From assembly GCA_050288685.1 (NCBI GenBank), contig JBNKEH010000005.1, forward strand, positions 29,288-93,287: a DNA stretch of 64,000 nucleotides. Reading direction: 5' to 3'. This DNA is from Paracoccaceae bacterium (lineage in GTDB: Bacteria; Pseudomonadota; Alphaproteobacteria; Rhodobacterales; Rhodobacteraceae). The notes under the pieces are model-generated. The model had not been told where the DNA came from, did no database searches, and saw nothing but the letters and a program-made list of their open reading frames with translations. Both the position numbers and the translations under genes were made by a program. Positions 37,884 to 47,071 of this stretch are shown one piece after another (the first letter of the stretch is position 1; each line of letters opens with the position of its first letter).

Positions 37884-39868
37884 TATCCGCCCACCTGTTC
37901 GCGCAGGATCGAGGCTGTCAGCGACAGCAGCAGATAGGCCCCCGCCAGCACCAGGAAAGCGAGGATGGTGTTTTCGAAGGCGCGCGGATAGGTCGGCTCG
38001 TCAGGCGCCACCGGATGCACGCCCAGCGACAAATAGCGGGTTTGCTTGTTGGCTTCGATCCGCGCCGCTTCGACCTGTTGCAGCGCCTGCTGCATCAGAA
38101 TCGTGCGGGTTTGCAGGTTGCTCTGCGCCACCGTCAGCTCGCCGGAAATCTGCGCCAGACTTTCGCCTCCAGCGGCGCCGCTGTTATCGGTCAGCCTGGC
38201 CCGCAGATCCGCAATGATGGTCTCCAGCCGGGCGATATCGCCCTTCACCCCATCCACACGCGCCTGATTGGGCTGCGGGTTGTCGAGAAGCTGTTGCAGT
38301 TGCAGGTTTTTCTTCTGAAGCTGAACCGAGAACCCGTTGACCTGGCTCATCACCGCCGCCGCATCCGAGGTGGCATCGAACACGCCCATCTGCTTTTGCA
38401 GCTGCAAAACCTCGGCCTGAGCGTCGGCCCGCTTGTTCTCGGCATCCTGATAGCTGGCAATCGCCCCGGCCATCTGATCTTCCCGAAGGCGGGCGGTCAG
38501 ATTGTCCACACGCTCTTCGGCATAGTGGATTAGGGCTTCGGAAAACGCCCCCGACAGCGCCGGACTGGCGGCGATCACTTCCATCTTGATGATCCCCTCG
38601 GTGGGATCATAGCCGATCTTCACAACGCGTTTGTAAAGCTTGTAGGCCTCTTCGTTGGTGGCGTTTTCGGGCAGGCGCTGGATCGGGTCGATTGAGGGAT
38701 CCGAGAAATGCTTCTTGAAGCCAAGATCCTTATCGAGGCGCAGCATCGCATCGCGCGAGGTCAGATAGCTCTGAACCGTGATCGAATCCTGACTGGTGGC
38801 AAGGCCGGACCCGGCAAACAGCGAGGCAAGCCCCGGCGAGCCACCGGCATCGGCTTTCTGAATCACGAATTCCGATTTGGTCGCATACATCGGGGTGGCG
38901 ATGGCGTAGAAATAATACCCGGCGATCAGCGTCGGCAGCATCACGAAGAAGGCCAGCCGCGTGAACAGCATGATCATCTTGCGGCGGCGGCGACGGGCGA
39001 TGTCGCGCTGAATGTCCTGCACTGTGCGCGCCCGCTCGGCGGCATCCATCACCTTGGTGGTCGGCAGTTGCGGCCGTTTCGGCTCCTGCACCTGCGGCAG
39101 CTTGGTATCGTCCCCGCGCGCCATCGCCGCGCCCGCCGGATTGTTCGGACCGCTTTCGGCCGACGGGATCAGCTGCAACATGCTTTCGCGCTGGAACGGG
39201 TCGATCCCGGCCCGACGCAAAAGCCGCACCGCATCGAAATCCGAGGTGGCGGGCAGGCCGTTTTTCTGGGCCAGCCGCCGCGCCATGCGCAGCTGACGGC
39301 CGGTCAGCCCTTCTTTGCGGATTTCGCTGATGACCTGATCAACAGGCTGTTCTTTCGCGGCCACCGCAGCGCCCGGAGCGGTGGTGCCCGTTTTGGCCCG
39401 AGCCGAGCGGCCAGCCGTGTTGAACCCTTCCGCCGGAAAACCGTCTTCGACGCCGTCTTCCACCGACGCCTCAAGCGGGTTGAGCTCGCGGGCTGGGGGC
39501 TGTGCTTGCTGGGCCTGCGCTTGCCGGGGCTGGGCTTGCTGAGGCTGCGTTTGCCGAGGCTGCGCTTGCTGGGGCTGCGCCTGCTGGGGCTGGGATTGCT
39601 GGGGCTGGGCTTGCTGGAGCAGTGCGGGGGATATCGGGCGCAGGCCTGACACGGGTTGCCCCTGCGGGCGCGGAATAAGCCCGGGAGCCCGAATGGAGGA
39701 CTGCACCGATGCACCGGCAGATGGCGCGGTCGAGCTCGCCGGAACCTGCACCGAGTTGGCAGCACCGGGCGTATCATCGACCGTTTCCGCCGAGGACAGC
39801 GCGAGCGCCTCCATCTGCGACGGAGTCCGGCGGATGCGGAATTTTCTAGCCTTGGGTTTGGTAGTCAT
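37883..39868 (-). CDS. kpsE: Capsule export inner-membrane protein KpsE with a long N-terminal extension
   Basis: TM helix followed by YATKSEFVI, YLTSRD, a coiled coil and PDEPTYPR plus TM (PCP family); lies between kpsT and kdsA. Start placed at ATG 39868. Confidence 0.85.
   Translation of the reverse strand: MTTKPKARKFRIRRTPSQMEALALSSAETVDDTPGAANSVQVPASSTAPSAGASVQSSIRAPGLIPRPQGQPVSGLRPISPALLQQAQPQQSQPQQAQPQQAQPRQTQPQQAQPRQAQAQQAQPPARELNPLEASVEDGVEDGFPAEGFNTAGRSARAKTGTTAPGAAVAAKEQPVDQVISEIRKEGLTGRQLRMARRLAQKNGLPATSDFDAVRLLRRAGIDPFQRESMLQLIPSAESGPNNPAGAAMARGDDTKLPQVQEPKRPQLPTTKVMDAAERARTVQDIQRDIARRRRRKMIMLFTRLAFFVMLPTLIAGYYFYAIATPMYATKSEFVIQKADAGGSPGLASLFAGSGLATSQDSITVQSYLTSRDAMLRLDKDLGFKKHFSDPSIDPIQRLPENATNEEAYKLYKRVVKIGYDPTEGIIKMEVIAASPALSGAFSEALIHYAEERVDNLTARLREDQMAGAIASYQDAENKRADAQAEVLQLQKQMGVFDATSDAAAVMSQVNGFSVQLQKKNLQLQQLLDNPQPNQARVDGVKGDIARLETIIADLRARLTDNSGAAGGESLAQISGELTVAQSNLQTRTILMQQALQQVEAARIEANKQTRYLSLGVHPVAPDEPTYPRAFENTILAFLVLAGAYLLLSLTASILREQVGG
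39496..39615 (-). repeat. In-frame 15-bp tandem repeat x8 encoding QQAQP-like units
   Basis: Eight consecutive 15-mers resembling GGGGCTGGGCTTGCT on the + strand. Confidence 0.9.
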
Positions 39869-40505
39869 AAAGCTGTTTTGCCTCTTCCAAGGTATCAAAC
39901 ATATGGAGCTGCCCGTGATGCAACACCGCCGCCGATCTGGCAAATTTCTCCAGAGTTTTGGCCTGATGGCTCACGATCACCACTGTCGCACTTTCCAGTC
40001 GTTCCTTCAGAGCATCACCGGCCTTGCGGTTGAACTCGGCATCGGTGGTCTGCGGCATACCTTCATCAATCAGATAAATATCGAACTCAAGCGCCAGAAG
40101 CAGTGAAAAACTGAACCGCGATTTCATGCCCCCGCTATAGGTGCCGACGGGAAAATCGTAATACTCATCCAGCCCGCAGAGCCAGCGAGTATAGGCCTCG
40201 ATATAGTCCGGGTCGAGCCCATAGAGCCGGGCGATATAGCGGGCGTTTTCCCTGGCCGAGAGCTTGCCCAGCACACCCCCCATGAAACCCAGCGGAAACG
40301 ACACGCGCGAGGTGCGGATGATCTGGCCATCGTCGGGCTTTTCCAGCCCGGCCATCATCTGAATAAGGGTGGTCTTGCCAGTGCCGTTGGGGGCAAGGAT
40401 GCCCATCGAATTGCCCAGATCAATCCGAAACGACGCCTGATCAAGAATGACCTTGCGCTGCTTGCCCGTCCAGAAGGACTTGCTGACATTTCTGAATTCG
40501 ATCAT
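39846..40505 (-). CDS. kpsT: Capsule export ABC ATPase KpsT
   Basis: APNGTGKTT, RVSFPLGF, YSGGMKSR and YLIDEG motifs. Confidence 0.92.
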   Translation of the reverse strand: MIEFRNVSKSFWTGKQRKVILDQASFRIDLGNSMGILAPNGTGKTTLIQMMAGLEKPDDGQIIRTSRVSFPLGFMGGVLGKLSARENARYIARLYGLDPDYIEAYTRWLCGLDEYYDFPVGTYSGGMKSRFSFSLLLALEFDIYLIDEGMPQTTDAEFNRKAGDALKERLESATVVIVSHQAKTLEKFARSAAVLHHGQLHMFDTLEEAKQLYDYQTQG

Positions 40506-40716
40506 GCGATCCGCTCGTGATCCGCTGGGGCCTCGTCCTGGTCTTTTCTAGCCAAGTTTCGTTAACATGTAACGTATAGCGCCAATCTGGCGGCATTATG
40601 TCGGCCGAAGCCGAGCGCCGTCAAGAAAATCGCCCGCTTTGCGACCAAATTGACGCAGGTCTGTGGACCTGTCGCAGGTCTCGGAACGCTCCCGGTGATT
40701 CGTCCAGCAATCCGCC

Positions 40717-42009
40717 CTAGCGCTTTTCGACCCGAAACACCTTGCCCGCCGCCAGCGCAACGATCGCAGCGGCAAAGCTGAGCAGCGCACCCATCTTGGC
40801 GGCATCCTGCACCTCGCCCGGCACGAAGGCCACTGAGGCCACGAACAGCGCCACGGTAAAGCCGATGGCCGCCACCGTGCCCACCACGATCAGGTCGGTG
40901 CCCCGCATCCCGGCAGGCAGACCCAGCCCCAGCGGCTTGGCGGCGATCCAGCCCAGAATGGAAATGCCCAACGGTTTGCCGATGATCAACCCCGCCATCA
41001 CCAGCCAGGTGGCCGCGCCGATGGCACCGAACTCGACGCCCGCATTGGTCAGGCCGAAGAAGAACAGGATCACCTCGACAGGGTTTTTCAACAGGTGCTC
41101 CATCACGTTCAGAAGGTCGGTGAGGTAGCGCTCGGCCTCCGAGAACAGACCGAAAGCGCGGTCGGCGTGGGGGATGGTCGGCACGATCGGCAAAAGCCCC
41201 AGCGCCGGATGCAGCCCCGCCTGCGCAAAGCCATACCAGCTGATCACACCGGCAATCGCATAGGGCCAGACGCTCAGATATTTGCGCACCCAGGTCGAGA
41301 CCGGGCGGGTTTGCTTGTCGCCGTCAAGCCAGAGCGGCAGCCAGTTGGCGAGGAAAAACACCGCCAGCGCCGCACCGAAGGACAGAAGCAGCCATTGCGG
41401 GGCCAGATCGCCGGAGGGGTAGAAGATCGCCAGAATGATCAACCCGCCCGCATCATCGGCAATGGCCAGAAGCAGCAGAAAGCGGATCGCGGGGTGGCCC
41501 GCGCCAAACACCATCCGGCCCACCAGATAGGAAAAGGCAATATCGGTGGCGGTCGGGATCGCCCAGCCGCGGCTGACCAGTGAAAAGGTCTCGTGGCCCA
41601 TCAAAAGGGCCAGACCGAGATACACCACCACCGGCCCGGCCATGCCGCCCGCTGTGGCGATCAGCGGCGTCGCCGCCTTGCGCCCGCGCAGGGACCCGTT
41701 TTTCAAGATCACCGCTTCCCAGACTTCCTTGGCCGCGATGGCAAAGAAGAAGGCCATGAGCATGTCATTCACGAAGAAATGAACCGTCACCACCTTTTCC
41801 ACGTCGCCCAGCTCGTATTGCTGCGAAGCGGCGCCATAGGCATGGGCCCAATGTTCAATATTGGTGCCGATCAGCGAATTGAACCAGAGCGGGTATTCGA
41901 TGAAATGGTGATAGGTCGCCGGATCGAAATTGGCCCATCCCAACGCCAGAAGCGCCCCGAAGATCAGCAGGATCGAATAGTTGGAGATAAAGTCCCAAAC
42001 CCGATACAT
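40717..42009 (-). CDS. nhaA: Na+/H+ antiporter NhaA
   Basis: VNDMLMAFFF, GWAIPTATDIAF, AIADD, GKPLGI and GFTVALF motifs. Confidence 0.93.
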   Translation of the reverse strand: MYRVWDFISNYSILLIFGALLALGWANFDPATYHHFIEYPLWFNSLIGTNIEHWAHAYGAASQQYELGDVEKVVTVHFFVNDMLMAFFFAIAAKEVWEAVILKNGSLRGRKAATPLIATAGGMAGPVVVYLGLALLMGHETFSLVSRGWAIPTATDIAFSYLVGRMVFGAGHPAIRFLLLLAIADDAGGLIILAIFYPSGDLAPQWLLLSFGAALAVFFLANWLPLWLDGDKQTRPVSTWVRKYLSVWPYAIAGVISWYGFAQAGLHPALGLLPIVPTIPHADRAFGLFSEAERYLTDLLNVMEHLLKNPVEVILFFFGLTNAGVEFGAIGAATWLVMAGLIIGKPLGISILGWIAAKPLGLGLPAGMRGTDLIVVGTVAAIGFTVALFVASVAFVPGEVQDAAKMGALLSFAAAIVALAAGKVFRVEKR

Positions 42010-42121
42010 CGTGCGCTCCCGTCCCGTCGTTTGTCTTTGAGCTGACATAATGGAAGCGACGGGCGGGAACAACCTCAAGAGCGATGGCCGCTGGCCCGGG
42101 CCGGGGTCGGAAGGCGGGCCG

Positions 42122-43210
42122 TCAGGCCAGCGCGCCCCAGATCAGCCCGGCAAGGATCGAACCGATCAGCGCAAGGCCCAGATAGGCGGCAAAGACCCGG
42201 GGCTTGACCAATGCCCAGACCGCCAGCGCCGCCGGGATGCAGCTGACCCCACCGGCCAGCACGAAGGACATCGCTGCCCCCTGGCTCATGCCCTGATCAA
42301 GCAGCCCCGCCACCAACGGCACCGCCGCAAAGCCATTGAGATAGGCCGGTGCCCCGACCAACGCCCCAAGCAGGATCGGCAGAAGACCAGAGCCGCCCAG
42401 CAGACCGCCAACCAGATCGGCAGGCACATAGCGCAGCATCAGCGCTTCGATCATATAGGCCAGAAACAACCATTTCCCGAGGAACAGCGCGTTTTCCAGC
42501 GCGGTTTCACCAAAGGTGGCGCGTCGTTTGGCCTCGCCCCAGAAGCGCCAGACCACCTTGCCCGATAGCGGGGAGTCTGAGCAGGACGAGGAACAGCCGC
42601 AGCTTTTCACCGGGGTCACTTTCAGGGGATCGGCAAACAGCGCCGAGCTGCCAAAGCCCCGCACGACCAGCCCGCCCATAAGGCCCAACCCCACAGCAGC
42701 CACGGTTTTGCCCAGCGCAAAGGGCAGTCCCAGCGTGCCTGCGGTGATCAGAAACATCGCCGGGTCCATCAGCGGCGAGGCCAGCCAGAAGGCCATGACC
42801 GCCGAGAGCGGCGCGCCCACCGCCAGCAGGGCGGCGATGAAGGGGATCACTTCACATGAACAGAACGGCGACAGCCCACCCAGCAGCGCGGCAAAGAAGA
42901 TCATCCGAAGCTCACGCCCCTCAAAGGCCCGTGCCAGCAGGTTCTCTGCCCCCGTCGCCTTGAGATAGGCCACCGCAAGCACCGCGAAGACGATGAACAC
43001 CCCAGTATGGGTTATGGACCCGAGCGCCGCAGTCAGCGTGGGGGCGACCGCCGCCGGATCGTACAGCGCAAGCGCCAGCGGAATGGCGATGATTGCCAGC
43101 ACCGGACCATCGAGCTTGAACCGCGAGCCATGCGGTGCGTGCGTTCCATGCGGTTCGTGTGGTGCGTGCGGTGTATGATGTGCGTGCGGTTCGTGTGTGG
43201 TGTCAGCCAT
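42122..43210 (-). CDS. DUF318/ArsP-type permease with a His-rich N-terminus
   Basis: SPFCSCEVIP, ASPLMDP, a Cys-rich KSCGCSSSCS loop and YLNGFAAVP; directly downstream of arsR. Confidence 0.85.
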   Translation of the reverse strand: MADTTHEPHAHHTPHAPHEPHGTHAPHGSRFKLDGPVLAIIAIPLALALYDPAAVAPTLTAALGSITHTGVFIVFAVLAVAYLKATGAENLLARAFEGRELRMIFFAALLGGLSPFCSCEVIPFIAALLAVGAPLSAVMAFWLASPLMDPAMFLITAGTLGLPFALGKTVAAVGLGLMGGLVVRGFGSSALFADPLKVTPVKSCGCSSSCSDSPLSGKVVWRFWGEAKRRATFGETALENALFLGKWLFLAYMIEALMLRYVPADLVGGLLGGSGLLPILLGALVGAPAYLNGFAAVPLVAGLLDQGMSQGAAMSFVLAGGVSCIPAALAVWALVKPRVFAAYLGLALIGSILAGLIWGALA

Positions 43211-43550
43211 GATCGTGCCCTTTCCCCGGCGCGCAATCGGCGCAGCATTCCGACAGAAGATAATCGGAGAGCGCCCGCATTTTTGTCATGTCGGCCGCCC
43301 CGCAAATAATCGAGCGACCGCGCTTTTCCTGCGTCACCAGCCCGGCGGCGGTGAGGATTTTCAAATGATGGGTCAGGGTCGAGCCGGTGATCCCGGCCCG
43401 CTCGCCCAATATGCCGATGGTCAGCCCCTCCGGTCCGGCCCGCACCAATTGGCGCAGCACCAGCAGGCGCTGTTCTGATCCCAGCGCGGCAAAAGCCGCA
43501 GCGGCCTGTTCGATCGGCAAAGTGTCGAAGATGGATGAGTCCTGTTTCAT
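43203..43550 (-). CDS. arsR: ArsR/SmtB family repressor
   Basis: FAALGSEQRLLVL, STLTHHLKIL and C-terminal ECCADC motifs. Confidence 0.9.
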   Translation of the reverse strand: MKQDSSIFDTLPIEQAAAAFAALGSEQRLLVLRQLVRAGPEGLTIGILGERAGITGSTLTHHLKILTAAGLVTQEKRGRSIICGAADMTKMRALSDYLLSECCADCAPGKGHDHG

Positions 43551-43612
43551 ATTTCTAGAACTATCGAAACGTCAGGTGAGTCGCAAGATATTTCGATAAT
43601 GCTAGAAATATG
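43548..43612. promoter_or_regulatory. ArsR operator: 22-bp inverted repeat overlapping the arsR start
   Basis: CATATTTCTAGAACTATCGAAA ... TTTCGATAATGCTAGAAATATG (20 of 22 complementary, 21-bp spacer); each arm is itself an imperfect palindrome. Confidence 0.7.
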
Positions 43613-43684
43613 GAGGTTGCAGTCTTTGGTCTGCAAATACCTCGGGAGAGCGCGAGAGGGCGGGCCCTCTCACCTCCAAGCTTT

Positions 43685-43747
43685 GCATCCCTCCGGGATG
43701 ACAGGGCTGGCCCCCTCGCCCCCATGCACCGCATCCCCCGGGATGAC
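43685..43747. repeat. Pair of short REP-like palindromes
   Basis: GCATCCCTCCGGGATGAC (43685) and GCATCCCCCGGGATGAC (43731), next to a GAGAGGGC/GCCCTCTC hairpin. Confidence 0.5.
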
Positions 43748-43806
43748 CGAGCAGACCGCCTCGCCCCGAACTTGCCAGCCCTGCCCCCGCCGCCTATCTC
43801 TTGCCC

Positions 43807-44424
43807 ATGCCCACGCCCACACCCAAGCCCATGCCCGATCTTGCCGCCCGCATCACTGCCTGCCGCCTTTGCGCGGATCGTTTTGCGGCGACGAAAACCG
43901 CGCATGAGCCGCGCCCGGTGGCGTGGTTCGCGCCCTCGGCCACGATCCGGGTGATCGGTCAGGCGCCGGGGATGCGGGTGCATGAGACGGGCCTGCCGTT
44001 CAACGACCCCTCCGGCGACCGGCTGCGCGGCTGGATGGGGATCGACCGGGACTGCTTTTATGATCATGCCCGGATCGCCATCACCCCGATGGGGTTTTGT
44101 TTTCCGGGCTATGATGCACGCGGCTCCGATCTGCCGCCGCCAAAGATTTGCGCCGAAACATGGCACGATCAGGTCGATGCGGCCCTGCCGAATATCCGCC
44201 TGACCCTGCTGGTGGGCGCCCATGCCCAGCGCCGTTACCTCGCCGCGCGCGGGCCGCTGACCGATACCGTGCGCGGCTGGCGCGACCATCTGCCAGCCAT
44301 CTTTCCCTTGCCACACCCGTCCTGGCGAAATACGGGCTGGCTGAAGAAAAACCCGTGGTTCGAGGCCGAGCTTGTGCCGGACCTGCGGGCCCGTATCGCA
44401 GCAGAACTGGGAGACCGCCGATGA
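43807..44424 (+). CDS. Uracil-DNA glycosylase family protein
   Basis: CRLC, IGQAPG, PFNDPSGDRLR, FCFPG and PLPHPSWRN motifs. The start could be 43831. Confidence 0.9.
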   Translation: MPTPTPKPMPDLAARITACRLCADRFAATKTAHEPRPVAWFAPSATIRVIGQAPGMRVHETGLPFNDPSGDRLRGWMGIDRDCFYDHARIAITPMGFCFPGYDARGSDLPPPKICAETWHDQVDAALPNIRLTLLVGAHAQRRYLAARGPLTDTVRGWRDHLPAIFPLPHPSWRNTGWLKKNPWFEAELVPDLRARIAAELGDRR

Positions 44425-45257
44425 CCACGCCCACCCCGCTCGACATGGCCCATGAGGCGATGGAAGCCGATCCGTCCGACGATGCCGCCCGGCTGCGGTT
44501 TTACCAGCGCCTTGCCGATGCCGAGCTGTTCTTGCTGCTGCGCCATGAGCCCAGCGGCGAGGTGCTCGATCCGGAAGTGCTGGAGGTGAACAACGAGGAC
44601 ACCGCGAATATCGACCGTTTCGCGCTGGTCTTTGACAGCGAAGACCGTCTGGGCAGTTTCGCGGCGCAATATAAAGGCGACGCGATGCCCTATGCGGCCC
44701 TGCCGGGCCGGGTGATTGCGGCGATGCTGGCAGGCCAAGGCGTAGGGCTGGCGCTGAACCTTGATGTGGCGCCCTCGTCCATTCTGATCCCGGCGGCGGC
44801 GATGAGCTGGCTGTCGGACACCCTGTCGCATGAGCCCGCCCCGGGCGAAGGCACGCTGATCGGCATCGCGCCGCCCACCGGCCTGCCCGATGCGCTGATC
44901 ACCGGGCTGGAGGAGAAGCTGATCAGCGCCACCGGCCTCGCCTCGCATGCGGTTTTCGTGAAAGGCCGCTATGCCGATCAGCGCGAGGGCTGGCTTCTGG
45001 CCTTTATCGACGCGATGCCGGGCGCCGAAGCTGCACTGGCGCGGGCCACGCAGGAAGCGCTGATTTTCTCGGGCACCGATCTGGCTTCGGTCGATGTGGC
45101 CTTCTTCGCGGGCAGCGATCCGATCTGCGAACATCTCGATCATATGGGGCTGCGCTACGACTTCCCCGATCTCGACGAGCTGGAGCAGGAAGAAGAGGTT
45201 TCCGCCCCGGTTCCGCCCGGCAGCGATCCGAACAAACCGCCGATCCTGAAATTCTAG
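44421..45257 (+). CDS. SseB family protein
   Basis: ARLRFYQRLADAELFLLL, VFDSEDRL and GLALNL motifs; ATGA-coupled to the UDG gene. Confidence 0.8.
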   Translation: MTTPTPLDMAHEAMEADPSDDAARLRFYQRLADAELFLLLRHEPSGEVLDPEVLEVNNEDTANIDRFALVFDSEDRLGSFAAQYKGDAMPYAALPGRVIAAMLAGQGVGLALNLDVAPSSILIPAAAMSWLSDTLSHEPAPGEGTLIGIAPPTGLPDALITGLEEKLISATGLASHAVFVKGRYADQREGWLLAFIDAMPGAEAALARATQEALIFSGTDLASVDVAFFAGSDPICEHLDHMGLRYDFPDLDELEQEEEVSAPVPPGSDPNKPPILKF

Positions 45258-45287
45258 CCCGTCACAAAAAGCACAACTTTAACGCGA

Positions 45288-45315
45288 AAAGCGCCCTCCT
45301 GATCGGGGGCGCTTT
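45288..45315. terminator. Bidirectional-type terminator between the SseB and CAP genes
   Basis: AAAGCGCCCTCC/GGGGGCGCTTT stem. Confidence 0.6.
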
Positions 45316-45344
45316 CATATTTTCTGCATTCCGTCTGAGATCCG

Positions 45345-45830
45345 TCAGTGTGCGGCGAAATCGGTGACCCAGGCCACGCGGCCATTCATCAGCGCCACAC
45401 CGAGGCCGATCTCATCGACGCCACTCAGCAAAATGTTGCGTCGGTGGCCGTCGGACTCCATCCAGGCCTGCATCACCTCGCGGGCGCTTTTCTGCCCCCA
45501 GGCGATGTTTTCGGCGCTCAACATCGTGTGATAACCGGTGGCGTAGATCCGCCGTCTGGGCATCGAGCCACCCGCGCCTTCATGCGAAAACGTGCCGGTT
45601 TGCGACATCCAGCAGGCATGCCCCTGCGCGGCCTGATCGAGCTGGGCACTACGCACCAGCGGCGCTTTGCCCTTGGCGGCGCGCACGGCGTTGATTTCGG
45701 CCAGAACCTGCATCATCAGCCCCGGCGCATCGGTGGGCAGCGGACAATTCCCGGCCCAAACGGCTGTGCCGAACCCGGTAAAAAGCGCCAGCAAAGCCCC
45801 GATCAGAGCCTTGCAGGGGCTGAGGCTCAT
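45345..45830 (-). CDS. CAP/SCP domain secreted protein
   Basis: Signal peptide, INAVRA, AAQGHA, FSHEG, AENIAWG and WMESDGHRRNIL motifs. Confidence 0.9.
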   Translation of the reverse strand: MSLSPCKALIGALLALFTGFGTAVWAGNCPLPTDAPGLMMQVLAEINAVRAAKGKAPLVRSAQLDQAAQGHACWMSQTGTFSHEGAGGSMPRRRIYATGYHTMLSAENIAWGQKSAREVMQAWMESDGHRRNILLSGVDEIGLGVALMNGRVAWVTDFAAH

Positions 45831-46099
45831 TTCTTCTCGGCAGCCTTTTTGGCAGGCTTTGCAGCAGCTTCCAGCGCCTCGATCCGGGCTTTCAGCGCCT
45901 CGTTTTCTTCGCGGGCCTTCTGCGCCATCGCGCGCACCGCGTCGAATTCTTCGCGGGTCACCAGCTCGCGATCGGCCAGCCAGCGGTCCATCCAGCTTTT
46001 CATCGCCGTTTCGGCCTCGGTTTTCGCCCCCTGCGCCACGCCCATCGCGTTGGTGAAGAGTTGCGAAAAGTCATCAAAAACCTTGTTGCGGGTCTGCAT
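45827..46099 (-). CDS. ubiK: Ubiquinone accessory factor UbiK (BMFP family)
   Basis: LVTREEFDAVRAMAQKAREENEALKARIEALE coiled coil. Confidence 0.88.
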   Translation of the reverse strand: MQTRNKVFDDFSQLFTNAMGVAQGAKTEAETAMKSWMDRWLADRELVTREEFDAVRAMAQKAREENEALKARIEALEAAAKPAKKAAEKK

Positions 46100-46189
46100 C
46101 GGAAACTCCCATCCGTTTCGGCCTATATGGGCCAAGCGGCCGGATGACACAAGGTTGACAGCCCCGCTGACTGAGGCCAACTAGCAGGC

Positions 46190-47065
46190 ATGATTTACGC
46201 GATCCCCTTCCCCGATATTTCGCCCGAGGTTTTCTCGTTCAGCCTCGGCGCGGTGCATCTGGCCGTGCGCTGGTATGCGCTTGGTTATATCGTCGGCATC
46301 CTGATTGCCTGGTGGATTGCCACCCGCGCCGTCGCCAACCCGCGCCTGTGGGCGGGCGAACCGCCGATGACCAAGGCGCAGCTGGAAGATCTTGTCACCT
46401 GGATGATCCTTGGCATCATTCTGGGCGGACGGCTGGGCTTCGTGCTGTTCTACCAACCCGGCTATTACCTCAGCCATCCGATCGACATCGTGAAGGTGTG
46501 GAATGGCGGCATGGCCTTTCATGGCGGCTTTCTGGGCGTGGTCGTTGCGGGGCTGCTGTTTGCGCGGCGCAACAAGGTGCCGGTTGCCGCGCTCGCCGAT
46601 CTACTGGCCATCGCCGCCCCGCCGGCGCTTGGCATCGTGCGGGTGGCGAATTTCATCAATGCCGAGCTTTGGGGCCATGCCACCACCATGCCCTGGGGCG
46701 TGATCTTTCCCGGCGAAGCGGCGCAGAGCTGCCCCGGCTATGCCCTGCCCTGCGCCCGCCACCCCTCGCAGCTATACGAAGCCTTATTGGAAGGCGGTGT
46801 GCTGATGGTGCTGCTGCTGGTGCTGGCCTGGAAGCGCGGCTGGCTGAAACGGCCCGGCATGCTCGCAGGCACCTTCTTTCTGGGCTACGGGCTGTCGCGG
46901 TTCTTTGTTGAATTCTTCCGGCAAGCCGATGCGCAATTCATCACCCCGGACAACCCGATGGGCCATGTGCTGCTGGGCATGACGCAGGGCCAGATCCTGT
47001 CGGTGCCGATGATCGTGGCCGGGGTGCTGACGCTGATCTGGGCCGGGAAACGGGCGAAGGCATGA
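46190..47065 (+). CDS. lgt: Prolipoprotein diacylglyceryl transferase
   Basis: RWYALGY, GGRLG, GGMAFHGG, NFINAELWG and RHPSQLYEA motifs. Confidence 0.96.
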   Translation: MIYAIPFPDISPEVFSFSLGAVHLAVRWYALGYIVGILIAWWIATRAVANPRLWAGEPPMTKAQLEDLVTWMILGIILGGRLGFVLFYQPGYYLSHPIDIVKVWNGGMAFHGGFLGVVVAGLLFARRNKVPVAALADLLAIAAPPALGIVRVANFINAELWGHATTMPWGVIFPGEAAQSCPGYALPCARHPSQLYEALLEGGVLMVLLLVLAWKRGWLKRPGMLAGTFFLGYGLSRFFVEFFRQADAQFITPDNPMGHVLLGMTQGQILSVPMIVAGVLTLIWAGKRAKA

Positions 47066-47071
47066 GCTTTG

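Noticed and set aside
39496-39615. Tandem repeat that could be mistaken for a CRISPR array
   Set aside because: It is a 15-bp in-frame coding repeat with no spacers and no cas genes; no CRISPR array was seen anywhere in the window.
40556-40576. TTAAC-containing site upstream of kpsT (possible CtrA box)
   Set aside because: It does not match TTAA-N7-TTAA spacing and is at most a half-site.
43599-43954. ORFs starting within the right arm of the ArsR operator (possible lost divergent gene)
   Set aside because: The translations are Pro/Arg-rich noise running through palindromic repeats; the ATG is a by-product of the inverted repeat.
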